This document shows positions 54,001 to 64,000 of a stretch of DNA of 64,000 nucleotides, piece by piece. The notes under the pieces were generated by a model that was not told the origin of the DNA, searched no databases, and saw only the letters and a list, made by a program, of their open reading frames with translations. The translations under genes and the position numbers were made by a program. Origin of the DNA: Felis catus (lineage: Eukaryota); assembly GCF_018350175.1 (NCBI RefSeq), contig NC_058368.1:57290001-57354000 (forward strand), read 5' to 3'. Numbering within the stretch: position 1 is the first letter of the stretch; every line of letters begins with the position of its first letter.

Positions 54001-54878
54001 AACCTCCCTGACTTCAGCCGCAGCAATTTCTTACTTGACACATTCCCAAAAGCAAGGGAATTAAAAGCAGAAATGAACTATTGGGACCTCATGAAGATAA
54101 AAAGCTTCCGCACTGCAAAGGAAACAATCAACAAAACTAAAAGGCAACTGATGGGATGGGAAAAGATATTTGCAAATGACATATCAGACAAAGGGCTTGT
54201 ATCCAAAATCTATAAAGAACTCACCAAACTCCACACCCAAAAAGCAAATAATCCAGTGAAGAAATGGGCAGAAGACATGAATAGACACTTCTCTAAAGAA
54301 GACATCCAGATGGCCAACAGGCACATGAAAAGATGGTCAATGTCACTCCCCATTAGGGAAATACAAATCAAAACCACACTGAGATACCACTTCATGCTGG
54401 TCACAGTGGCTAAAATGAACAAATCAGGAGACTATAGATGCTGGCAAGGATGTGGAGAAATGGGAACCCTCTTGCAGTGTTGGTAGGAATGCAAACTGGT
54501 GCCGCCAGTCTGGAAAACAATGTGGAGGTTCCTCAAAAAATTAAAAACAGATCTATCCTATGAGCCAGCAATAGCACTGCTGGGAATTTACCCAAGGGAT
54601 ACAGGAGTGCTGATGCACAGGAACACTTGTACCCCAATGTTTATAGCAGCACTTTCAACAACAGCCAAAATATGGAAAGAGCCTAAATGTCCATCAACTG
54701 ATGAATGGATAAAAAATTGTGGTTTATATACTCAATGGAATACTATTTGGCAATGAGAAAGAATGAAATCTGGCTTTTTGTAGCAACGTGGATGGAACTG
54801 GAGAGTGTGATGCTAAGTGAAATAAGCCATACAGAGAAAGACAGATACCATATGGTCTCTCTCTTATGTGGATCCTGA
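51037..54878 (+). pseudogene. L1 ORF2p remnant (endonuclease, reverse transcriptase, C-terminal domain)
   Basis: MTLNPYLSIITLNANGLNSP start, [39 protein letters not shown], degraded CWQGCG Cys motif; stops (e.g. 51205, 52789, 53275) and frameshifts. Confidence 0.96.
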
Positions 54879-55089
54879 GAAACTTAACAGAAACTCATGG
54901 GGGAGGGGAAGGAAACAAAAAAGAGGTTAGAGTGGAAGAGAGCCAAAGTATAAGAGACTCGTGCAAACTGAGGGTTGATGGGGGTGGGAGGGAGGGGAGG
55001 GTGGGTGATGGGTATTGAGGAGGGCACCCATTGGGATGAGCACTGGGTGTTGTATGGAAACCAATTTGACAATAAATTTCATATTTAAA

Positions 55090-55303
55090 GGGGGTGCCTG
55101 GGTGGCGCAGTCGGTTAAGCGTCCGACTTCAGCCAGGTCACGATCTCGCGGTCCGTGAGTTCGAGCCCCGCATCGGGCTCTGGGCTGATGGCTCGGAGCC
55201 TGGAGCCTGTTTCAGATTCTGTGTCTCCCTCTCTCTCTGCCCCTCCCCCGTTCATGCTCTGTCTCTCTCTGTCCCCAAAATAAAATAAACGTTGAAAAAA
55301 AAA
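55090..55303 (+). mobile_element. Young felid Can-SINE inserted in the L1 tail
   Basis: SINE head begins directly after the L1 AATAAA...tttaaa. Confidence 0.97.
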
Positions 55304-55346
55304 TCTTTAAAAAAAAATAAAATAAAAAATAAAAAAATAAATTAAT

Positions 55347-55377
<31 letters not shown>

Positions 55378-55778
55378 AACAAACCATAGCTACTCATTCC
55401 TTTCCATTAATGGTTCTAGAATTATTTGTGTCCTCTCATCTCTTGAGTCAATTTTTAGCAACATTCTAGAATTCTGTAAAATGAATTTAATATTTGGGGC
55501 TTAAATGTACACACCATATCCTTTCACCAATTTTTATACCATTAAACTATGTATTATATATCTATATAATACATAATCTATATCTACATAAAATGGTCAT
55601 TAAAATCTATATTATATATATCTATATCTCTTTATTACTAATATTTTTTTATCTATGCCTTGTCATTTTCTTATCAATCTGTCTAAAGTTAGCCAAATTG
55701 TTGATGTTTCATAAATATCAACTTTGGGATTTTTTTCAGTATCTCTCTTTTCTAATATTATTATGTTTTGCTCTGATC

Positions 55779-55980
55779 TTTTTTTTTATATATATATTTG
55801 TTTTTGAAAGAGAAAGCAAGTGTGTGCATGAGCAGGCGAGGGGAAGAGAGACACAGAGGATCAGGTTCTGGGCTGTCTGCAGAAAGCCTACTGTGGGGCT
55901 TAAACTCATGAACCATGAGATCATGACCTGAGCTGAAATCAAGAGTCAGATACTTAACCACTACACCACCCAGGTGCCCC
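55779..55980 (-). mobile_element. Can-SINE
   Basis: 15-bp TSD tgttttgctctgatc (55764-55778 and 55981-55995). Confidence 0.95.
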
Positions 55981-56347
55981 TGTTTTGCTCTGATCCTTAT
56001 TATTCTCTCTTCTTTCCATCGTTTTATTCTCTTTTTGTAACTTCTGGAGCTTGATCTTTAGCTCATTACTTTTCAGGTTTCCTTCTTGTGCAATGTGAAT
56101 TTTCTCTAAGCACTGCTTTCAGTATATCTACCATCCTATTTGTTATGTTCTATTTTATTTATTATCAAGTTCTCTTCCACTGGCTTCCTGTCCCAAATTG
56201 AATGCTTACTCTGCTTGCTTGCTAGAATTCTGAGGATAATACAGAAAATTCCAGAAGTGTCAGAAACTATATACTAAAGTCTTCTCCATTCCTGGTGGGT
56301 GTTAATGCTGGTATTTTATATAAAACATAACCATAATTTTATTTTAT

Positions 56348-56488
56348 ACAAAACAAAAAGGTTAGGTTAAAAATAATAAAATATGTATTTTATAAATGTA
56401 TATAATAATATGTATTATCTATAATATGTAGACATTTATGATTTTATACATTATTTATGATTATTTTTAACCTAACATTTTTGTTTGT
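56348..56488. repeat. AT-rich inverted repeat (palindrome)
   Basis: 56354-56377 matches the reverse complement of 56460-56483 at 23/24 positions. Confidence 0.9.
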
Positions 56489-57429
56489 TACCCATCTTTA
56501 GGCTTGGATTAAAAAGCTTTTGAGATTTAAACTGAAACTCTTATTTCCAACCAGAATTTTGAACTATGATTTTTATAATTTTTTTTCTTGTTTAATTTGC
56601 CTTAAATTACCATCTTACCTGTAAGCTACCTCAGAGCAGGAATTATTATATATATTTTGATTGTACCCTTCAAATCACCTAGCTCAATTTAAGACCTAAG
56701 AGAAATTTTTGATTGATCTGTTTCCTTTTTCTAACAACATCAAAAATTAGGTTTAGAAAATGCTTATACAAAAAAAAAACTTTTATAGATGAAACATTCA
56801 AGTTGTTGTTCAGAGTCTGTCCTACTCTGATTTTTTTTCTGACTACAGTAAAACATGCACGCTAAGGAATATATGGTACAGATGTTTTTTAAGTGTTGTT
56901 CATTAAGGTCTCTCTGAACTTCTAATTTTGGGGGAAAAGTTTTGGGGAAAAAAAAGATCACAATAGTCTGTCAGACAATATTTTTAAACAGACTTTCCCA
57001 GCACTGAGCATCATCTTATACTTCAGGCTTTAGGTGATTGATGTGTTTCCATTCCAGATATGTCAGGAGTCAAAGTAATGTTTTATTTTACTTTTATATC
57101 CAAGGTGTCATTTCTACAAATCTTAAACATGCTCTGGAAAGTTTCGGGCCAGTTTTGAACAGCTATTTAATGAACTGTGAACAAATCTCTGCAGTAAATT
57201 GTTTTTATATATAGTAGAATCACTTTCTATATAAGAACCTTAAAGCTCAGTTATCAAACATTACTAGAAATGGAACTTGCATAATGTAGGCCAATTTTTA
57301 ACTTGTTGCCATCATTAAAAAATATTCTAGTGAAGTTTATTTTATTTATCTACTTGGAAAAATAGCACAATCAGGTCTAGTGTGGTTTGGCAGAATTAAC
57401 ATCAGACTAGACTAGGGGCCAATATTATT

Positions 57430-57876
57430 GTGGTGGGTTATGTTATTGTTTATACAGATTTGTTCTTCCTCTCAGCAGATTATTTTTGCCTGCCCATGTG
57501 GCTTGCCCATGTAACTTCTCTTACCCACTCTACTGGAGGATTGTGCATGCATGTCCATTTGAACTAGGATTGCCTATATGATTTACCTTTCTCAATTAAA
57601 TGTAAACAGAAATACATGTGGCATTTAAAAGAGTAGTTTTAAGAAGGAGATGTGGTTAGCAATGTTCTTTCCTTCCTCCATAGAAAGTAGCAATGTTGAA
57701 GATAAAAGCTCCTTTTTAAGCCTGAGTTCTAACATGAAGATACCATGGATTAAAACAACAGGTAAACATGTAAACATCAACAGTCATTTGATGTGGGAGA
57801 GAAAAGCCTTAACTGTTGTGTTCCTACTACAATTCTGAGGTTGTTCATTACTACAAGACCTAGCCTATGCTGACTT
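57430..57876 (+). mobile_element. Old MaLR LTR (MLT1-like)
   Basis: 3' end ttctgaggttgttcattactaca..acctagcctatgctgact. Confidence 0.65.
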
Positions 57877-57994
57877 TATCTTTAAACTATCACTCTGGTT
57901 TTATAAATACTTATTAAGTTGATCTCAAGTTGTTTCAATTCCTGAGGTGTCACGGTCATTCAAAAAGAGTATATATATATACTTTTAAGGGAAA

Positions 57995-58140
57995 TTCAAA
58001 TTCATTTATTCACCCATTTATTTATTCATTCAAAAATATACAACAGTTCTATTGTGTGAATGTTTTGTACTTGTACTGGTAACACTTTAATGAGCAAGAA
58101 AGACAATGTCTTCATCTAGCTTATATGGAGAATACAGAAT
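57995..58140 (-). mobile_element. L2 3' end fragment
   Basis: attcatttattca...ttcattcaaaaatat antisense L2 tail. Confidence 0.55.
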
Positions 58141-60312
58141 GCTGTTGAAGCTCCTCTTAAGCTTGATTCCCAGAGATTCCTATGAGTTTTGTCAACTGGT
58201 TCCAATAAATTGCAAATTGTTAGGTTGTCTAACACTGACCTGACTTAGACCTTCCCCATCTGAGCAGTCTTTTCCCCTGGAGGAAAAAATAGAGATAATT
58301 GGTTAATATCATCATTATCTGAAGGGATGGATGGCAATTGAGTGGAACAAACTAAAAAACTTACAAAAAACTGCTGGGGAATGAGATATCATAGGTGTCT
58401 TTGAAGAAATCCCTGGGTCTCTAGACTATATGTATGTGTAGGACTGTGAAGATGCTCAAAGAAATCTGAAAAAGGCCCTGAGAACTCAATTTTGGCAAAC
58501 CATGAGACTTTGTACCTTCACAAAGTGTAGATTAAAGCAAAGCTGAAAACTGTCTGGCTGAGTGTTTAAGACATGCCACAACGTGTTCATAGAGCTCTTT
58601 GGCAAAGACTGGAAGACTTATGGTTCCAGGAATTTGAATAAATTTCTGTCCAATCATTAGCTAATCACTAAGCTACAAATCACATAGTGGTCACAAATGA
58701 AAAACAGTATAAACTTTACAGAATTTGCTCAGAAAACTAACTAAACAAGCAAAGTACAATACAATTGGCTACCTTAGGACATTAAAAAAAGACTAGCAAA
58801 CTAGCCTCAAAACAAGCAAAAGGAAAGAAATAATAAAGTTTTGAACAGAAATAAATGAAACAAAGAATAGTGAAACAATAGAGAAATTTTTTTTAAAGTT
58901 GATTCTTAAAAAAGATAAAACTGACAAACCCATAGCTAGATGGACCAAGACAATAAAAGAACAAACTCAAACTACTAAAATTGGAAAAGGGGACATACTA
59001 CCTACTTTACAGAAATAAAAATGATCAAAAAAATATATAATAGTTGTATGACAACAAATTAGATAATTCAGCTGAAATGAGCAAAATCCTAGAAAGAGTC
59101 AAATTACTGGGAATGATTTAAGAAAAGAAAAATTGAATAAATAATAAGAAGCAAAGGGTAAGTTAGTAATTAGAAAATATCTCACAAATACAATCTCAGA
59201 ATCAGATGTTTTCATTATTGAATTCTACGAAGCAGTTAAATAAAAATGGATATCAATCTTTCTCAAACTCTTCCCCACTAAGACAGAGGAGCAGGAAATA
59301 TATATCAACTCATTTTGAATAGCCAGTATTACCTTGATGCCAGCATTAGACCAAAGTACTACAAGAAAATAAAATTATTGGTCACTATACGTTATAAATA
59401 TAAACAAAAAGATACTCAACAATATACTAGTAAAATAAATCCACCCAAACAAAAAGAGGAATAAATCTTATAACCAAGGTGCAATGATCGCAGGAATGCA
59501 AGAGTTTTTCAAAACACAAAAAAAACAAAAAACAAAAAAAACAATGTATTAAAACATAATAAAAGACAAAAGCCAATATGTCATTTCAATAGATGCAGAA
59601 AAATATTTTACAAAATGTAACACTCTTGTGTGATAAAATATTCACCAAACTAGGAAAAGGAGAGATCTTCCTCAACCTGATAATGGGCATCTAAGAAAAC
59701 CCCCTAGTTAAGGTTGTACTTAAATAGGAAACACTGAAGGATTTCACCCAAAGATTAGGAAAAGACAAAATATCTGCCCAGGCAACTTTTATTAAACATT
59801 GTACTAAAGAATCTAGTGAGTGCAATTAAGAAAAAGAAATAAAAGGCATACACATTGGAACAGAAGAAATAAAACAGTATTTGTAGATGACATGATCTTC
59901 CACAAAGAAAACACGAAGGAGTCTATACTTTTGATTCCCCCAAAACCAATTAGATAAATGAGTTGATCAGGTTGTAGGACACAGATCGATATATAAAAAT
60001 CAACTGTATTTCTAGGCATTAGAGATGAACAATTATAAAATAAAATTCAGCGAACAATTATATTTAAAATAACATTGAAAAGAATAAAATATTTAAACAT
60101 TTAAAATAAATTTAACAGAAGTAGAAGACTAGTATACTAAAAACTTCACAGAAGTCTTAAAGAAATAGAAAGACACCTCATGTACATGAATTGAAAAATA
60201 ATATTGTTAAGATTGCAATGATCCACAAATTTTTCTATAGTTCAAAACAAACAAACAAAATCCCTGTCAAATACCAGGTGGCTTTGTTGTAGAAACTGAC
60301 AAACTAATTCTA

Positions 60313-60418
60313 TGGTACTCTTTTTTCCCTAGCTTTATTAAGATTTGGTTGACAAGCAAAAATTTTACATATTCAGATTGTACAACATGATTTTTTTCCT
60401 AGGGTGTATAGTGTGATG

Positions 60419-60467
<49 letters not shown>

Positions 60468-60474
60468 TAAAATT
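60313..60474 (-). mobile_element. Short L1 3'-end insertion containing (CA)n
   Basis: 14-bp TSD acaaactaattcta (60299-60312 and 60475-60488); antisense L1 3' terminus agctttattaagat...ttgtacaacatgat. Confidence 0.8.
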
Positions 60475-60797
60475 ACAAACTAATTCTACATTTTATTTGA
60501 AAATACAAGGGACTAAGAATAAACCAAACAAAATTGTGGAAGAAGAACAATCCTGGAGCGCTCACACATCTAGACCTCAAAACTTATTAAGAAACTACAG
60601 TAATCAAGACTTTATGGTGCTGGCATAAGGAAGATATACAAACCAATATTATTTATGCCAATTGATTTTCCACAAGGATGATGAATATATTTTATGGAGA
60701 AAGAATAGTCCATTTTATAAGGAGTGGTAGGATAATTGGTCCACAGGTATAGCTGGAAACCAAATTTGTACCATATACAAATATTGACATGAAATGG

Positions 60798-61122
60798 TCC
60801 ATTTCCTGGACCTGTATGTGTGGTAGAAATGCTCTACCAGCAACCACATCATACACACCAATGACCGTGCATGCATCCAGATGAACATGGTGGAGGTTGA
60901 CAAAGTGACAGGCAAGTTGAACAGTCTAAGTTTAGTCATAAATTTAAAACTTATGCTATCTGTGGGGCCATTTGCAGGATGGGTGAGTCATGATTCAGAT
61001 GACTCCATCTTCCAACTGGCCAAGACCTCTGGCACCATTTCAAAGAACTTCTGACTGGAGAGGATCATGGGTGTGGAATAACTGTCATAGATAAACAGCA
61101 ATGCCTTCTCCGCAAAAAGAAA
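60798..61122 (+). pseudogene. RPS21: Processed pseudogene of 40S ribosomal protein S21 (5'-truncated)
   Basis: DLYV..KCSTSNHII..ND.ACIQMNMVEVDKVTGK, FKTYAICGAI.RMGES, DDSI..LAK..G..SKNF, TGA at 61052-61054, 3'UTR, A-rich end; intronless with indels and stops. Confidence 0.95.
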
Positions 61123-61258
61123 AATATTTGTAAATCATATATCTGACAAGAGTGTAACATCAAGAATATGTAAAGAACTTATATATATAACTTGTGTATA
61201 TAATATATAAATAACTCAACAATATAAAGACAACCCAATTTAAAAATGGGCAAATATT

Positions 61259-61468
61259 GGGGCACCTGGGTGACTCAGTGGTTAAGCATCTGACTTCGGC
61301 TCAGGTCATGACCTCGCAATTTGTGAGTTTGAGCCCCGTGTCGGGCTCTGTGCTGACAGCTCAGAGCCTAGAGCCTGCTTTGGATTCTGTGTCTCCTTCT
61401 CTCTCTGCCCCTCCCATGCTCATGCTCTGTCTCTCTCTGTCTCTCAATAATAAACATTTAAAAATATA
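61259..61468 (+). mobile_element. Can-SINE
   Basis: TSD ggcaaatatt (61249-61258 and 61469-61478). Confidence 0.96.
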
Positions 61469-62169
61469 GGCAAATATTTTGAGCATACAGTTCTCCAAAA
61501 AGATATGTAAATGGAGAATAAACACATAAAGCGATTTTGAATATCATAGGTCATTACAAAACACAAATTAAGACCTCAATGAGTGACCACATCACACCCA
61601 AAGCATGAATATAGTAAGACAGGCAATAACAAACATTAGTGAAGTTGTGAAGAAATTGGAATCCTCGTACATTGCTGCTGGTAATATAAAATGGTGAGGC
61701 TGCTTTATAAATTAGTTTCAATATTCCTCAAAACATTAAACATAATGTAACCATATGACCCAGCACTTCCACTCTCTACCTATATACCCACAAGAAGGGA
61801 AAACACACTGAAATTTGTACGAGAATATTGATAATCTTAGTCATAATACATAAAAAGGGAAAACATTTCTCTATCAACTGATGGATAGATATGGAAAATG
61901 CACAAAATCCATGAAGTGGAATGTTATTCATCCTTGAAAAGGAATCATATTCTGGTACATGTAGCCACATAGGTGATTCTGAAAAACATATATTTATGTG
62001 AAAGAAATCAGATATGAAAAGTCACATGTTGCATGATTCCTTTTGTATGAAATATCCATAATAGGCATATCTATACAGACAGAAAGGATAGCAGTGATTT
62101 CCAGGAGCTGGAGGAAAGGGAAATTTTTTTATATAACTATATAACTTTATAGAGTTATATAGTTAAAAT

Positions 62170-62640
62170 ACAGACTAGGTGGTTGGATATAGAAATCTTT
62201 ATCTCCCAGGAGAAATACAGTTTGAGGAAGAACATTTAAAAATGATTCATGTATTAATAGTATTTAAGCCTTGGATCAATATGAATTTAGGAAGAAAGTG
62301 TAGAAAACAACAGAATAATCAGACACTAATTAATTGACAGGTAGAAGCAGAGGTGGCAAGAGAAGACAAGAATGAATGAGAAGAGGAAGGCAGATATTGC
62401 TGTGGAGGAAAAGGGGTAGCAGTTTTTCAAGCAAAAGTGAGTGAACAATAGGTCCAAATGATGTTAAGAGGTTAGGAAAGATGACAACAAATGTGCATAT
62501 TGGACATTGCCATAGCGAGGTGACCAGAGCACCTAGGAACTTCACTAGTGGAAAAATTAGGGCAAAAATTATATTCTCATGGGTTAAAGAGTGACTCTTA
62601 AATATGCTCTTTGCAAGAAATTTGTGATTAGGAGAAGAGC
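62170..62640 (-). mobile_element. L2 fragment
   Basis: Degenerate L2-like text (ttggacattgccatagcgaggtgacc). Confidence 0.5.
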
Positions 62641-62779
62641 AATAAGGCTGCGTGAAAATTAAAATTGTGAAACTTCTTCTACACTGAAGAATACTTACTA
62701 AATACAAATGCAAATTCATTAGTTATGTTAATGGTGCAATCCAATCTCAATGTTCCTTTTATGAAAAGTAGCGGCTTTA

Positions 62780-62995
62780 GGGGCGCCTGGGTGGCTCAGT
62801 CGGTTAAGTGTCCGACCTCGGTTCGGGTCATGATCTCACAGTCCATGAGTTCGAGCCCTGTGTCAGCTGTGCTGACAGCTCAGAGCCTGGAGCCTGCCTC
62901 AGATTCTGTGTCTCCCTCTCTCTCTATCCCTCCCCTGCTCATGCTCTGTCTCTGTCTCAAAAATAAATAAAAACATCAAAAAAATTTAAAAAAAG
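62780..62995 (+). mobile_element. Can-SINE
   Basis: Head ggggcgcctgggtggctcagtcgg; imperfect TSD ending ggcttta. Confidence 0.96.
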
Positions 62996-63769
62996 AAAAA
63001 AAGGGGCTTTAGATCAGATAACCTAAGAATCTTTGCAATTTTGTGATAAAGAGTTGAAAATACTGTCAATATTTTTAATTTTATGTTTCCTATAACATTT
63101 GAAGAAGGATTACTTTACTATTTTTACTTATAACAACACATGAATATTATACATGTAGTCAAACCAAAATAAATTAGTGATTATTTAAATGGAAAGAAAC
63201 GACATAGAGTATTGCTGTAGGAATATTTAAACTGTATATTAAATCTGCAGAAGGAATGGTGGGATATATGAATATTACATTAATTTGATTAAAGTCCCCC
63301 ACGGTGACATCCTGCTTGAACCAGCCTGTGCAATTAACACTTCTTGCCCTCCCCTCACCAAAAGAAAAAAACACTCTCTCCTTCCATAACAATCTCAATT
63401 TATCCTGAGTGTTAAGCAATCTAATTATCAGACATAAGTGTGAACATCTAAGAAACTTAAGCTCATGTTGTTAACCCTTGAGAGGAAGGGCTTATTTGCA
63501 TTTTTAGAAGAATTTGTTACCAAATTAATTTCTGGTTATGCAATATCTGTGAAACTTTCTGGCCTAAAAACACCCACCAAGCACCCTGATACTTCAGTCA
63601 CACATTCTGCATCATCTCTTACATTACGCAGGCTAATTTTCATTTTCACCATTTTGTTCAATTAAAATATTAAACAGATTTTTCTCAGTAGTATTCTCTG
63701 GATGGCATTCTGATTATTGCTAGGGTAAACATATAAATATGAAATAGTCAAAAACTCAAACTTTTTGAA

Positions 63770-63900
63770 GGAATCCAGAAGATTCTAGGTTGAATCTCAG
63801 CCTGTCCTATTACTGGCTGTGTAAAATTAGGCCAGTTACTTAATTTCCCTAAGCGTTAATATTTTCATGGGAATTAATGTAGTATTAGAAATAGTATGAA
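63770..63900 (+). mobile_element. MIR fragment
   Basis: ttactggctgtgtaaaattaggccagttacttaatttccctaagc MIR core. Confidence 0.7.
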
Positions 63901-63904
63901 ATTA

Positions 63905-64000
63905 GGGGAACCTAGGTGACTCAGTCTGTTGAGCATCGGACTCTTGATTTCAGCTCAGGTCATGATCTCATCATGGTTTGTGGGTTTTAGCCCCACATTC
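63905..64000 (+). mobile_element. Can-SINE 5' half, cut by window edge
   Basis: ggggaacctaggtgactcagtc...ctcaggtcatgatctc. Confidence 0.9.

Larger units (their letters stand above)
49240..55380 (+). mobile_element. Near-full-length felid/carnivore LINE-1, inactivated
   Basis: GC-rich 5'UTR starting ggggagagaaggggggaagatggcgg, ORF1 and ORF2 remnants, G-rich 3'UTR, AATAAA ~55071, A-rich tail; candidate TSD aaaaaaaaaca / aataaataaca. Confidence 0.97.
58270..62120 (+). mobile_element. Old L1M (L1MB-like) with internal deletion and nested inserts
   Basis: Degenerate ORF2 collinear with the young L1 (atttcaatagatgcagaaaaa, tttgtagatgacatgat) and an L1MB-like 3'UTR. Confidence 0.85.

Noticed and set aside
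63174..63419. 81-aa minus-strand ORF in unique sequence
   Set aside because: No recognisable homology or clear splice context; length is compatible with chance

Overview
AT-rich, gene-poor mammalian DNA, almost certainly from a felid (cat family). The evidence is 29 tRNA-derived Can-SINE copies, eight with the young felid-type head GGGG(C/T)GCCTGGGTGGCGCAGTC...GACTTCAGCCAGGTCA, plus a near-full-length carnivore L1. I find no intact protein-coding gene or convincing coding exon, so the window looks intergenic or deep-intronic. It contains: a 5'-complete but inactivated LINE-1 (49240-55380); a 5'-inverted (twin-primed) L1 with a target-site duplication (TSD); several old L1M/L2/MIR/hAT remnants; ERV1 and MaLR solo LTRs, several with intact TSDs; two processed ribosomal-protein pseudogenes (RPL6 on -, RPS21 on +); and microsatellites. 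Nearly all short ORFs in the track are SINE, LINE or simple-repeat artefacts. I found no evidence for a new biological system. The most interesting observations are mechanistic footprints: a retrocopy that appears to replace about 220 bp of its host L1, an inversion with a large deletion, five-level nested insertions, and fold-back palindromes at breakpoints. Repeat subfamily names come from my recognition of the sequence and need RepeatMasker/Dfam confirmation.
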